Both the position numbers and the translations under genes were made by a program. Below, one piece after another: positions 7,250 through 16,617 of a DNA stretch of 18,021 bases. Source of the DNA: Fidelibacterota bacterium (GTDB taxonomy: Bacteria > Fidelibacterota > Marinisomatia > Marinisomatales > S15-B10); NCBI GenBank assembly GCA_046861655.1, contig JBHIAI010000026.1:1-18021 (forward strand). Reading direction: 5' to 3'. Below the pieces are notes generated by a model. The model was not told the DNA's origin. It made no database searches and saw only the letters and a list, made by a program, of their open reading frames with translations. Every line of letters begins with the position of its first letter. The first letter of the stretch is position 1.

Positions 7250-8427
7250 AGATTCACGAATACCAGGCCAAGGCTCTGTTCAAGAAGAGGGGAGTCCCCG
7301 TTCCGGAAGGTTCCCCCGCTTTTGATGCGGACGAAGCGGTTGAGATGGCCCGGAAACTCGACTCTGACATCACGGTCGTGAAGGCCCAGATCCACGCAGG
7401 GGGTCGGGGCAAGGGGGGAGGCATCGTCCTGGCAAGAGACGTGGACCAGGTACGAAAGGCCGCTGAGTCCATGCTGGGGAAGAATCTTGTGACTCCCCAG
7501 ACCGGTCCCCAGGGCAAGGAAGTTAGCAGGCTTCTCATTGAGGAAGGGATCGCCATTTCCAGAGAGCTGTATGCGGGTATCGTTCTGGACCGATCGCGGG
7601 AACGGTACGTTTTCATGGTATCGACTCAAGGAGGGGTGGAAATCGAGGAGGTGGCGGCCAGGAGTCCGGAGAAAATCTTGAAGAAATGGATAGATCCGGG
7701 ACTCGGTTTGACCCCCTACCAGGCGAGGGGTTTGGCCCACGGTCTGGGTTTGACGGGAAACGCGGCAAAGATGGGCGCAAAGACCTTTCTGGCCCTGTGG
7801 AAAACGTTCGAGACTTACGATGCGTCCCTGGCTGAAATCAATCCCCTGGTAGTCACCGAAGACAACACCGTTGTGGCCCTCGATGCCAAGATGAATTTCG
7901 ACGACAATGCTCTCTACCGCCACGAAGAACTGGAGGAACTTCGGGATCTATCGGAGGAACTTCCCACAGAAACGGAGGCCTCCAGATACCGGCTGAGTTA
8001 CATAAAACTGGATGGCGATGTGGGATGCATGGTCAACGGGGCGGGACTGGCCATGGCGACTATGGATCTCATCAAGCTTGCCGGAGGGAATCCCGCCAAT
8101 TTCCTGGATGTGGGAGGGGTGGCCAGTTCCGATACTGTGGCTAAAGGATTCAAGATCATCCTCAGCGATCCGGGAGTAAAGTCGATCCTGATCAACATCT
8201 TCGGGGGAATTGTCCGGTGTGACCGGGTGGCCCAGGGAGTGGTGGACGCCCTTTCCGGAATGGACGTGACCGTACCGGTGGTGGTGCGGCTTGAGGGAAC
8301 CAACGCCAAGGAAGGGGCAGATCTTCTGGAGGCATCAACCCTCGATTTCATCGTGGCTGCGAGCCTGGAAGAGGGTGCCCGGCAGGCCGTTCAGGCCGCC
8401 AGGGACACCACGGGAAAACCACTGTGA
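7246..8427 (+). CDS. sucC: Succinyl-CoA synthetase beta subunit
   Basis: [73 protein letters not shown]. Confidence 0.97.
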   Translation: MKIHEYQAKALFKKRGVPVPEGSPAFDADEAVEMARKLDSDITVVKAQIHAGGRGKGGGIVLARDVDQVRKAAESMLGKNLVTPQTGPQGKEVSRLLIEEGIAISRELYAGIVLDRSRERYVFMVSTQGGVEIEEVAARSPEKILKKWIDPGLGLTPYQARGLAHGLGLTGNAAKMGAKTFLALWKTFETYDASLAEINPLVVTEDNTVVALDAKMNFDDNALYRHEELEELRDLSEELPTETEASRYRLSYIKLDGDVGCMVNGAGLAMATMDLIKLAGGNPANFLDVGGVASSDTVAKGFKIILSDPGVKSILINIFGGIVRCDRVAQGVVDALSGMDVTVPVVVRLEGTNAKEGADLLEASTLDFIVAASLEEGARQAVQAARDTTGKPL

Positions 8428-9305
8428 GCATACTGGTTGGTGGACGCACCAGGGTTCTGGTCCAGGGCATCACGGGGACCGAGGGCAGGTTTCACACCGA
8501 GAGGATGGTGACCTATGGAACCTCTGTAGTAGCGGGAGTTACGCCCGGCAAAGGGGGACAGACGCATCAGGGCATCCCTGTGTTCGACACGGTGGATCAG
8601 GCCGTCAGGGAGACGGAAGCCGACAGTTCGGTAATCTTCGTTCCTCCGGCCTTCGCCCCCGATGCCATCATGGAGGCTGCCGATTCCGGTATGGAGCTTG
8701 TGGTATGCATCACCGAGGGGATTCCCACATCGGACATGGTTGAGGTAAAGAATTTTCTAAGAACAACGGATACCCGGCTGGTAGGTCCCAACTGTCCCGG
8801 CATCATCTCTCCCGGGAAGGCCAAACTGGGCATCATGCCGGGATTCATTCACGAGCCCGGACCGGTGGGCGTTCTCTCCCGCAGCGGAACCCTTACGTAT
8901 GAGGCGGTGTACCAGCTGACTGGTTTGGGCATCGGTCAGTCCACCTGCGTGGGCATAGGAGGGGATCCTGTGATCGGGAGCACCTTCGTGGATCTGCTGG
9001 CGCTGTTTGCCAGGGATGACGACACAGAGTGTGTGGTGTTGATCGGTGAGATTGGAGGCCGGGCAGAGGAAGAGGCCGCAGAATGGATCGTGTCCACCGG
9101 TTTTGCCAAACCGGTCGTGGCCTTTGTGGCGGGCCGGACAGCTCCGCCAGGCAGACGCATGGGTCATGCAGGTGCCATTGTGGCCGGGGGAACAGGGACC
9201 GCCGAAGAGAAGATGGCTGCCCTTGAGAAGGCCGGGATCCCCGTGGCGGAAAGTCCCGCGTCCATTGGCGCCACGATGAAATCCCTTCTTGAAAAGAGAC
9301 AGTGA
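8424..9305 (+). CDS. sucD: Succinyl-CoA synthetase alpha subunit
   Basis: [54 protein letters not shown] (phospho-His). GTGA overlap with sucC. Confidence 0.97.
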   Translation: MSILVGGRTRVLVQGITGTEGRFHTERMVTYGTSVVAGVTPGKGGQTHQGIPVFDTVDQAVRETEADSSVIFVPPAFAPDAIMEAADSGMELVVCITEGIPTSDMVEVKNFLRTTDTRLVGPNCPGIISPGKAKLGIMPGFIHEPGPVGVLSRSGTLTYEAVYQLTGLGIGQSTCVGIGGDPVIGSTFVDLLALFARDDDTECVVLIGEIGGRAEEEAAEWIVSTGFAKPVVAFVAGRTAPPGRRMGHAGAIVAGGTGTAEEKMAALEKAGIPVAESPASIGATMKSLLEKRQ

Positions 9306-9306
9306 A

Positions 9307-9729
9307 ATGGCGGATCGGACCCTTGCCATCGTTAAGCCTGACGCCTTCGAGAATCGACTCACGGGGAAGATCATCGATCGGGTCCTGGCGGCGGGATTCC
9401 GCACCGTCGCCATGAGACAGGAGACCCTGACCCGGAAAAGGGCGGAGGAATTCTACGCCGTCCATCGAGGCAAGCCGTTCTTCGAGGATCTGGTGGCGTT
9501 CATGTCATCGGGACCCTGTGTGGTCATGGTCCTGGAAAGGGAAAACGCCGTGGACGAATTCCGGCGACTCATGGGGACGACCGATCCGGGCGAAGCCCGC
9601 GAGGGAACACTCCGGAGGAAATTCGCCGAGAACGTACAGAGAAACGCCGTGCACGGGTCGGACTCGAGAGAAACAGCCGCGAAAGAAATTGCATTTTTCT
9701 TCCCGACCATCGAAATTCCCGAAGGATGA
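9307..9729 (+). CDS. ndk: Nucleoside diphosphate kinase
   Basis: RTLAIVKPDA, FYAVHRGKPFF, FMSSGP, MGTTDP, NAVHGSDS (phospho-His). ATG9307 lies 1 nt after the sucD stop. Confidence 0.97.
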   Translation: MADRTLAIVKPDAFENRLTGKIIDRVLAAGFRTVAMRQETLTRKRAEEFYAVHRGKPFFEDLVAFMSSGPCVVMVLERENAVDEFRRLMGTTDPGEAREGTLRRKFAENVQRNAVHGSDSRETAAKEIAFFFPTIEIPEG

Positions 9730-10586
9730 TCCCCCTCTCTTCCAGACCCTACCCTTCCCGTTCACGTCCTGGTATCATGAACGTTTGGTTTTTTTTCGCT
9801 TTTTCTGTCGTCTTCACCGGGTGCAGCCGGGAGGAATCCCACTCCGGGGTGGTGGACAACTACTATCGCATTTCGGTGGTGCCTCCCACGGGGGTCAAGG
9901 ACCCTACTTTCAGCTGGGAAATCCTCAGGAAACCGGAGAAAAGCCGCCTCCGGTTCTTCGACCTCCACATACGGTCCGGCGGCACCGAAATGACGTTCCA
10001 ACCCGACGCTCCGGGAGACTACGAACTTGAGATGACGGTTTTCAACTCACAGGGGAAGGAGGTCACGGGTCGAACCTATAGGTTTGTTATCGGTGAACCC
10101 GCTTCTGAAACGGTCGCCGTCCCTCCCCCATCACCGCCGGAAACAATCCAGGTGGCCGAGGTGGAAGAAGAAATCCCCCTGGATACTCCCAAGACTGAGG
10201 TGGCTATGGCCATCCCCCAGGACACCCAGGAGGTTGCTGAGGAAGAGGACATTCCTGAACAGCCTTCCAGGGTGGAGCCTGAGGAGCCGGCAGAGGCCGC
10301 GCCACCGGTCCGGGGAAGACTTATCGGAAGAATCGAGGGCAAATTCACGGTTCAAATCTCTTCCTGGCGAACCCTGGAGGATGCCCAGGTTCAGGTGAAC
10401 GAGCTCAGGACCATGGGGTTCGACGCGTATGTTCAGGAAGCGCCGTTTCAAGAAACAGAGGAAGTGTGGTACCGGGTGAGAGTAGGGAGCTTTTCAACCT
10501 ACGAGGCCGCGAATCAGGCGGCAAAAGACATCAAGAAGGCCACGGGCCTGGCGGCGTGGGTGGACCACGTCCGAGTAGACTACTAG
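9726..10586 (+). CDS. SPOR-domain (peptidoglycan-binding) protein, probable lipoprotein
   Basis: Hydrophobic N-terminus ending FTG-C, a beta-rich segment (FSWEI..FQPDAPGDYELEMTV, PKD/Ig-like by inspection), a Pro/Glu-rich linker and a C-terminal SPOR pattern (FTVQISSW, GFDAYV, WYRVRVGSF). ATGA overlap with ndk; ATG9777 is an alternative start. Confidence 0.82.
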   Translation: MIPLSSRPYPSRSRPGIMNVWFFFAFSVVFTGCSREESHSGVVDNYYRISVVPPTGVKDPTFSWEILRKPEKSRLRFFDLHIRSGGTEMTFQPDAPGDYELEMTVFNSQGKEVTGRTYRFVIGEPASETVAVPPPSPPETIQVAEVEEEIPLDTPKTEVAMAIPQDTQEVAEEEDIPEQPSRVEPEEPAEAAPPVRGRLIGRIEGKFTVQISSWRTLEDAQVQVNELRTMGFDAYVQEAPFQETEEVWYRVRVGSFSTYEAANQAAKDIKKATGLAAWVDHVRVDY

Positions 10587-10606
10587 ACGTTCAAGGAGGG
10601 TGAATC

Positions 10607-11839
10607 ATGGGACCAATGAACCTACACTTTGATTTCAGAGACGTTTTCCGAGCCCCCCGTTTGGCGCTCAGTGGAAAGAAGATCTGGACTCTGCTGGAAG
10701 CCAACATCGTGGGGTATGCAGTGTACTGGATTCTGACCTACGTCTCCCTGGCGGTTTCTGGAATCCCTTTTTCCCAGGCATGGGCGAAATACGGACTCTA
10801 TCCATGTCTGGTGGGAAACGAGGGAAACTGGGCGTCCTACGCGATCTGGACAGCGGGAGTGATTTTCTGGCTTGCGGCCCTGGTACTCGGGGCCACGGCC
10901 GTGTCCCGCATCACCTACAAGCAACTCAAAGGGGATGAATTCTACTCCTCAGGAGACGCCTGGCGGTTTGTGAAGAAGCACTGGCACGCACCGGTGTTTA
11001 CCCATCTTTCGGTGGCCATTATCGCCCTTTTCTTTGTGGTGATGGCCGTCGTATTCGGTCTGATTGGGAAAATACCGTATCTGGGAGAGCTCTTCTTCGG
11101 CATCCCCTATCTTCTCTGGTTTTTCGGATCCGTCTTCGTCGTGTACACAGCCGTCGTCCTGGTGGTGTCCTTCTTCTTCACCCACGCCATCGTAGCCACT
11201 CTCGAAGAAGACACCATGGGATCCGTCTTCCAGAACTATTCCATTACCTGGTCTCAACCCTGGAGAGCCGTGGTGTATCTGGTCCTGTTGGGCGGCCTCA
11301 TCTACGTCGGTGTCACCGTCTTCACCTGGTTTTTGTCCGCAGGATACGGCCTCATCAATCTGGTGTTCGGACACACATGGCTTATGGGTTCCAAACTGGC
11401 CAGTATGATGAGCTGGTCCAGCGATATCGTACTGGATCGGCTGTCTCCGGGTCTCTGGTACCTGGGGTTCTCCGCCAGCCCATCCACCATCATCGACATA
11501 CCCGCAGGGGGTCCCCTGAGCGCGGTGGAATATGTGGGGGGATTCTTCATCGCGGTCTCCCTTTTCCTCGTCGTGGCTTCGGTCATTTCCTATGCCCTGT
11601 CGGTTCAGGTGGTGGGAGAAACCCTGGCCGTGGTAATCTTCAGGAAAAAGACGGATGATGAAAACCTCCTGGAGAGGAAGGACGAAGAGGAACTGGAGGC
11701 GGAAGAAGAGGCCGCACCCGAAGCGCCTCCGGAAGTGGGGAAACCCGAAGAAGAAAAGGCCAAAGCAGAGGCGGCTGAGGAATCCGAGGAACCGGAAGAA
11801 GAAAGTGACGAAGAACCCAGTTCACAAGAAGAGGATTGA
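10607..11839 (+). CDS. Hypothetical polytopic membrane protein with a highly acidic C-terminal tail
   Basis: AAGGAGGG RBS, several hydrophobic helices, and a Glu-rich tail (DEEELEAEEE...EESEEPEEESDEEPSSQEED). Followed by a terminator. Confidence 0.8.
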   Translation: MGPMNLHFDFRDVFRAPRLALSGKKIWTLLEANIVGYAVYWILTYVSLAVSGIPFSQAWAKYGLYPCLVGNEGNWASYAIWTAGVIFWLAALVLGATAVSRITYKQLKGDEFYSSGDAWRFVKKHWHAPVFTHLSVAIIALFFVVMAVVFGLIGKIPYLGELFFGIPYLLWFFGSVFVVYTAVVLVVSFFFTHAIVATLEEDTMGSVFQNYSITWSQPWRAVVYLVLLGGLIYVGVTVFTWFLSAGYGLINLVFGHTWLMGSKLASMMSWSSDIVLDRLSPGLWYLGFSASPSTIIDIPAGGPLSAVEYVGGFFIAVSLFLVVASVISYALSVQVVGETLAVVIFRKKTDDENLLERKDEEELEAEEEAAPEAPPEVGKPEEEKAKAEAAEESEEPEEESDEEPSSQEED

Positions 11840-11864
11840 CGGTCCAGCAGCCGGGTTGAATCTC

Positions 11865-11890
11865 GGGGGGCCTTTCGGCCCCCTTTTTGT
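11865..11890 (+). terminator. Rho-independent terminator
   Basis: GGGGGCC-TTTC-GGCCCCC hairpin followed by TTTTTGT, about 25 nt after the stop at 11839. Confidence 0.88.
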
Positions 11891-11925
11891 TAGGGAAAAT
11901 CACCTGGGAAAAGAGCACGGATTGC

Positions 11926-11955
11926 TTGACTATCAAAAACAAAGAGGGGTAACTT
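11926..11955 (+). promoter_or_regulatory. Putative promoter of the yceD-rpmF-plsX-fab operon
   Basis: TTGACT (11926-11931), 18 nt, TAACTT (11950-11955), located between the terminator and the first gene. Confidence 0.65.
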
Positions 11956-11966
11956 TTCGGTCCGTC

Positions 11967-12482
11967 GTGAAACTGAAACGAACACAGCTTCTGGAAGCTC
12001 CGGGGTGGATTCGTTCTGAAGTGGAGGCATCCCACCTGGGTCTTGAAGACTTCCCCACGGTGATATCGGGGACCTGTCCTCTGGAGCTACAGATTTCCCA
12101 GGCCGGATCGGAAACCCGAGTCAAGGGTTCTGTCCAGATCGTCCTACAAGAAACATGCGACAGGTGTCTCACGCAGTTTGACCACGAGTTGACAGGGCGC
12201 TTCACCCTGATCCTCACGGAAGACAGATCTCTTTATTCTCGTGAAGCGGACGACGTTTACCTGTTCCCTCCCTCCCAGGTGGAATTCGATCTTGGTCCCG
12301 TTATCCGTGACGCCGTGCGTCTTGAAAGACCGATGAAACAGTTATGTAAGGAGGATTGCAGAGGTCTGTGTCCTCGATGCGGCACCAATCGTAATGAAAC
12401 AGACTGTGGATGCCAGGAGAAGACCGTAGATATGCGGTGGGCTCCCCTCAGGGCTCTCCAACAGTCGGATTCGGAAGGTTGA
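11967..12482 (+). CDS. yceD: DUF177/YceD family protein
   Basis: CDRCL and LCKEDCRGLCPRCGTNRNETDCGC...DMRWAPL motifs, in the canonical position before rpmF. Start set at GTG11967 because the longer ORF-track version crosses the terminator and promoter. Confidence 0.9.
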   Translation: MKLKRTQLLEAPGWIRSEVEASHLGLEDFPTVISGTCPLELQISQAGSETRVKGSVQIVLQETCDRCLTQFDHELTGRFTLILTEDRSLYSREADDVYLFPPSQVEFDLGPVIRDAVRLERPMKQLCKEDCRGLCPRCGTNRNETDCGCQEKTVDMRWAPLRALQQSDSEG

Positions 12483-12483
12483 A

Positions 12484-12666
12484 ATGGCACTACCCAGGAA
12501 GAAACATACCCGTGCCAGAAGTCGAAAGAGACGCACTCACTGGACGCTTAAGGCACCCACCACCTCGAAATGTCCCCAGTGTAACCAGATGAAGATGCCC
12601 CACAGGGCATGTCCCAACTGCGGATACTATCGAGGGCGACCTGTCGTAACCCCCACCGGCACGTAG
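12484..12666 (+). CDS. rpmF: 50S ribosomal protein L32 (Zn-ribbon form)
   Basis: MALPRKKHTRARSRKRRTH, CPQC...PHRACPNCGYYRG. Confidence 0.97.
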   Translation: MALPRKKHTRARSRKRRTHWTLKAPTTSKCPQCNQMKMPHRACPNCGYYRGRPVVTPTGT

Positions 12667-12680
12667 ATCGACAATCCTAC

Positions 12681-13709
12681 ATGCAAATCGCTGTGGATGC
12701 CATGGGTGGGGATCATGCCCCATCCGTCGTGGTAAGGGGTGCCGTCGAAGCACTGAAGGAAGGAAACGGTCAGTTCGACATCCTTCTTTTTGGGGACCGT
12801 TCCCTCATCGAGAAGAAGCTGGACGGTCTGGCTGTCTTCCCTCCCGGACTCGCGATTCGTCACGCGCCTGATGTGGTTGAGATGACCGATCGCCCGTCCC
12901 AGGTACTGAGAACCCGGCCTGATTCGTCGCTTGTCCGGGCCATCCAATCGGTGAAGGAAGGAGAGTCCAACGCTGTGGTCAGTGCGGGAAGCACAGGGGC
13001 CATTCTTTCCGTCTCCCTTTTTCTCATGGGCAGGATCCAGGGGGTTCGCCGGCCAGCCGTGGCCATCTATTTTCCCGTAAAACCCCGGGGATTCGTTCTG
13101 TGCGACGCAGGAGCCAACGTGGATGTCAAACCCCGACACCTCCTTCAGTTTGCCGTCATGGCTTCCGAGTACGTGAAACATATTCAAGAAATTGAAGATC
13201 CTGCCATAGGTCTTTTGAATATCGGAGAAGAACCGACCAAAGGGATAGACGCATACGTGGAAGCCCACAGACTTCTTTCGGCCAATTTTCCCACATTCAG
13301 GGGCAACATTGAGAGCCGGTACCTCTTGGATGGCTTGGTGGATGTGGTCGTCTGTGACGGTTTTCTTGGCAACAATCTGGTGAAATTTGCAGAGGGGTGG
13401 ATTCGCCACGTCAGCCGCGAAGTGTCCCGGGAGCTCAAGAAACACATCTCGTCGGACAGGGAAAAACGACAATTTGACTCTGTTTTCCAGCACGTAATGC
13501 TTGAATACGAATACGAAGAATACGGAGGAGCACCCCTTCTGGGCGTCAACGGAATCTGTGTCATCTGTCATGGGAGTTCCCCGGCCAGGGCTATCAAGAA
13601 CGCTATTTTTTCCGCTCAGAAGTCAGTGGATGAAAAGCTGGTGGAATCCATAAGAGATGGCATATCCACCACGGTCACGCGGCTCAGGTCGGCCAATTCG
13701 GAGCCTTAG
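12681..13709 (+). CDS. plsX: Phosphate acyltransferase PlsX
   Basis: MQIAVDAMGGDHAP, SAGSTGA, DAGANVD, LLNIGEE, VCDGFLGN, YGGAPLLGV, HGSS. Confidence 0.96.
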   Translation: MQIAVDAMGGDHAPSVVVRGAVEALKEGNGQFDILLFGDRSLIEKKLDGLAVFPPGLAIRHAPDVVEMTDRPSQVLRTRPDSSLVRAIQSVKEGESNAVVSAGSTGAILSVSLFLMGRIQGVRRPAVAIYFPVKPRGFVLCDAGANVDVKPRHLLQFAVMASEYVKHIQEIEDPAIGLLNIGEEPTKGIDAYVEAHRLLSANFPTFRGNIESRYLLDGLVDVVVCDGFLGNNLVKFAEGWIRHVSREVSRELKKHISSDREKRQFDSVFQHVMLEYEYEEYGGAPLLGVNGICVICHGSSPARAIKNAIFSAQKSVDEKLVESIRDGISTTVTRLRSANSEP

Positions 13710-13713
13710 AAAA

Positions 13714-14703
13714 ATGAGAGCCACCGTATCCACTGTCGCCAAGTACCTTCCCGACCGGGTGCTCACCAACAAGGATCTGGAAAAGATGGTGGACACGACT
13801 GACGAGTGGATCTTGAGCCGGACAGGCATTTCCGAACGAAGAATCGCAGCGGAGGGGGAGGTAACCTCATTCATGGGAACGAAGGTGGCCCGCAGCTTGC
13901 TTGACAGGAGGGGAATGGATCCTGGTGACATCGAGCTGATCATCGTGGCCACGGTGACACCCGACATGTTATTTCCCTCTACGGCTGCCCTTATCCAGCA
14001 TGCTATCGGTGCGAAAACGGCATGGGGTTTCGATCTTTCTGCCGCCTGTTCAGGGTTCCTGTTCGCTCTGGAAACAGGGGCCAAATTCATCGAATCGGGC
14101 CGTCATTCCGCGGTCATGATCATCGGATCGGACACCATGAGCGCCATCACCGACTACGAAGACCGGACCACATGTGTCCTGTTTGGCGACGGTGCGGGAG
14201 GCGTTCTTCTGGAGCCGACGTCCGGTGAAGATGGCATCATTGATTCGCTCCTTTTTACCGACGGGAGCGGGGCGGATCTCCTGAAAATGCCTGGAGGCGG
14301 CAGTCTCCACCCTGCGTCTGAAGATACGGTAAAAAAGAGGATGCACTACATCCGCCAGGAAGGACGGCAGGTATTCAAGTTTGCCGTGAAAAGCATGGCG
14401 GAGGCCACTGAGGAGATTCTGAACAGAAACGGCCTGACAGGAAAAGATGTCCGTCTTTTTATCCCTCATCAGGCCAACCAACGCATCATCGATGTCAGTG
14501 CCAAGAAACTGGGTCTGTCACCCGATCAGGTAGTCATTAACATCGACCGTTATGCCAACACCACAGCAGGGACCATCCCTATCGCTCTGGCGGAAGCGGC
14601 CGAAGAAAAACGTCTGAAACCAGGAGATTATGTGGTTCTGGCGGCGTTTGGAGGAGGGTTCACCTGGGGAAGCACCCTCATAAGGTGGGGAGACACGCGG
14701 TGA
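13714..14703 (+). CDS. fabH: 3-oxoacyl-ACP synthase III
   Basis: VDTTDEWILSRTGI, DLSAACSGF (Cys), LFGDGAG, PHQAN (His), YANT (Asn), FGGGFTWG. Confidence 0.96.
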   Translation: MRATVSTVAKYLPDRVLTNKDLEKMVDTTDEWILSRTGISERRIAAEGEVTSFMGTKVARSLLDRRGMDPGDIELIIVATVTPDMLFPSTAALIQHAIGAKTAWGFDLSAACSGFLFALETGAKFIESGRHSAVMIIGSDTMSAITDYEDRTTCVLFGDGAGGVLLEPTSGEDGIIDSLLFTDGSGADLLKMPGGGSLHPASEDTVKKRMHYIRQEGRQVFKFAVKSMAEATEEILNRNGLTGKDVRLFIPHQANQRIIDVSAKKLGLSPDQVVINIDRYANTTAGTIPIALAEAAEEKRLKPGDYVVLAAFGGGFTWGSTLIRWGDTR

Positions 14704-15626
14704 CGGACTCGGCTTTCCTGTTTCCCGGACAGGGCTCCCAGAAAGTGGGCATGGGTCAAGATCTTTTTGAGGAAAGTGATCTGGGCAGGCGGCGGTACGA
14801 ACAGGCCAATACAGTTCTGAACATGGACATTGCCTCCATCTCTTTTTCAGGACCGGAGGATGTACTGAAACAGACCTCCATTACTCAGCCGGCGATATTC
14901 GTCCATAGTGTGATTCTTGGAGAATTGCTCCTCGAGAAGGGGGAGTCTCCTTCGTACGGGGCAGGACACAGTCTCGGAGAATACTCGGCTCTCGCCCTGG
15001 CAGGTGCCATCACCTTCAAAGACGGTTTGCACCTGGTTAGAAGCCGGGGACGATTGATGGAGAAGGCCGGACGGTCTCAACCGGGAACCATGGCCGCTAT
15101 CATAGGCCTGGATTCGGCGTCTGTTGCACAGATCTGCCGGAAAGCGTCCAGGAAGTCCACCGTGAAACCTGCCAATTTCAATTCTCAGAATCAGATCGTA
15201 ATTTCCGGGGAAAAAGAGGGCGTCAGAAGGGCCATGGACCTTGCCCGCCAGGCTGGTGCCGTTCGGGTCACCGAACTGAAGGTCAGCGCCGCCTTCCACT
15301 CGCCCCTGATGACCCCTGCGAAAGCCGCTTTGGGCGAAACCTTGAAGAATACTGAGATACGAGAACCTGCTTTTCCTATTGTCATGAACGTTACGGCGAA
15401 AGCGACCACACGTCCCGCGGAAATCAGGGAAAACCTCATCCAGCAACTGGACCACCCGGTCCTGTGGCTTGACACCATCGTAACGTTGAGGGAGCTCAAC
15501 GTATCGGAGTTCGTGGAAATAGGTCCGGGGCGTGTGTTGCAGGGACTGGCCCGGAGGATCGATCCCGCTCTCACCACGCGGGGAGTGCAATCCCTCAGGG
15601 ACCTGGATCAACTGGAGCATGCCTGA
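14700..15626 (+). CDS. fabD: Malonyl-CoA:ACP transacylase
   Basis: FLFPGQGSQ, TQPAI, GHSLGEY, ANFNS, VSAAFHSPLM, EIGPG. GTGA overlap with fabH. Confidence 0.96.
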   Translation: MTDSAFLFPGQGSQKVGMGQDLFEESDLGRRRYEQANTVLNMDIASISFSGPEDVLKQTSITQPAIFVHSVILGELLLEKGESPSYGAGHSLGEYSALALAGAITFKDGLHLVRSRGRLMEKAGRSQPGTMAAIIGLDSASVAQICRKASRKSTVKPANFNSQNQIVISGEKEGVRRAMDLARQAGAVRVTELKVSAAFHSPLMTPAKAALGETLKNTEIREPAFPIVMNVTAKATTRPAEIRENLIQQLDHPVLWLDTIVTLRELNVSEFVEIGPGRVLQGLARRIDPALTTRGVQSLRDLDQLEHA

Positions 15627-16362
15627 CGCATCAGGAAAAGTGGCCTTTATTACGGGTGCCTCCCGGGGGATCGGGAGATCCATCGCAAGAATGTTTGCCC
15701 ACGAGGGAATAAAGGTGATCTGTGCGGCGAGAACAGCGGAACCCCTTCAGGAAGTGGTGGATGAAATAGAAGCGTCAGGAGGCGATGCCCTGGCCGTTCC
15801 TCTGGACGTATCCAGCCTCGACCATGTTATTCAAGGGATCAAACGTGGGGTGGACCACTATGGTACCATCCATATTTTAGTGAATAACGCGGCCGTTCTC
15901 AGGGACAAGCTCATTCTGAGGATGAGCGAGGAGGACTGGGACGAGGTCATGGCGATCAATCTGAAGGGGTATTTCAACGGCATCAAAGCCGTGGCACCCC
16001 ACATGATCAAGAACAGGTACGGTCGAATTCTGAACCTCACTTCCGTTGTGGCCATGACGGGCAACGCGGGGCAAGCCAACTATGCGGCGTCAAAGGCTGG
16101 GGTCATAGGATTGACGAAATCGGTGGCCAGAGAGCTGGCCTCCAGGAACGTAACGGTCAATGCCATAGCCCCGGGGTACATCGATACAGTCCTGACCCGG
16201 GGTCTTTCCGACAAGGCCCGGCGGGCACTCATCAGCCAGATTCCCATGGAAAGGATTGGCGAACCGGACGATGTGGCTCATCTTGCTCTCTTTCTGGTTT
16301 CTGAAGGAGCCGGTTACATCACCGGTCAAACCCTGTCTGTTAACGGTGGACTCTATATGTAA
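15619..16362 (+). CDS. fabG: 3-oxoacyl-ACP reductase
   Basis: TGASRGIG, LVNNA, GNAGQANYAASKAG, VNAIAPGYI, ITGQTLSVNGG. GGAG precedes ATG15619. Confidence 0.96.
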   Translation: MPDASGKVAFITGASRGIGRSIARMFAHEGIKVICAARTAEPLQEVVDEIEASGGDALAVPLDVSSLDHVIQGIKRGVDHYGTIHILVNNAAVLRDKLILRMSEEDWDEVMAINLKGYFNGIKAVAPHMIKNRYGRILNLTSVVAMTGNAGQANYAASKAGVIGLTKSVARELASRNVTVNAIAPGYIDTVLTRGLSDKARRALISQIPMERIGEPDDVAHLALFLVSEGAGYITGQTLSVNGGLYM

Positions 16363-16377
16363 CTTAAGGAGGTAATC

Positions 16378-16617
16378 ATGTCCCATTTCGAGAAAGTTAA
16401 GGAAGTTATCATGGACAAACTGGGTGTGGAGGAGAGTAAGATCACCCCGGATTCTTCCTTTGTGGATGACCTGGGGGCCGATTCCCTGGACACCGTAGAA
16501 CTGGTGATGCAGTTCGAAGAAGAGTTCGGGATCGAGATACCTGATGAAGATGCCGAAAAACTGACCACCGTAGGCAAGGCCGTGGAGTATATCGAGACCC
16601 ACGTGGAGAGTGAATAG
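16378..16617 (+). CDS. acpP: Acyl carrier protein
   Basis: [23 protein letters not shown] phosphopantetheine motif, [14 protein letters not shown]. Confidence 0.98.
   Translation: MSHFEKVKEVIMDKLGVEESKITPDSSFVDDLGADSLDTVELVMQFEEEFGIEIPDEDAEKLTTVGKAVEYIETHVESE

Noticed and set aside
11655..11966. Basic N-terminal extension of the DUF177 ORF in the ORF track
   Set aside because: It is an alternative-frame reading of the Glu-rich tail of the upstream gene and it crosses a terminator and promoter.
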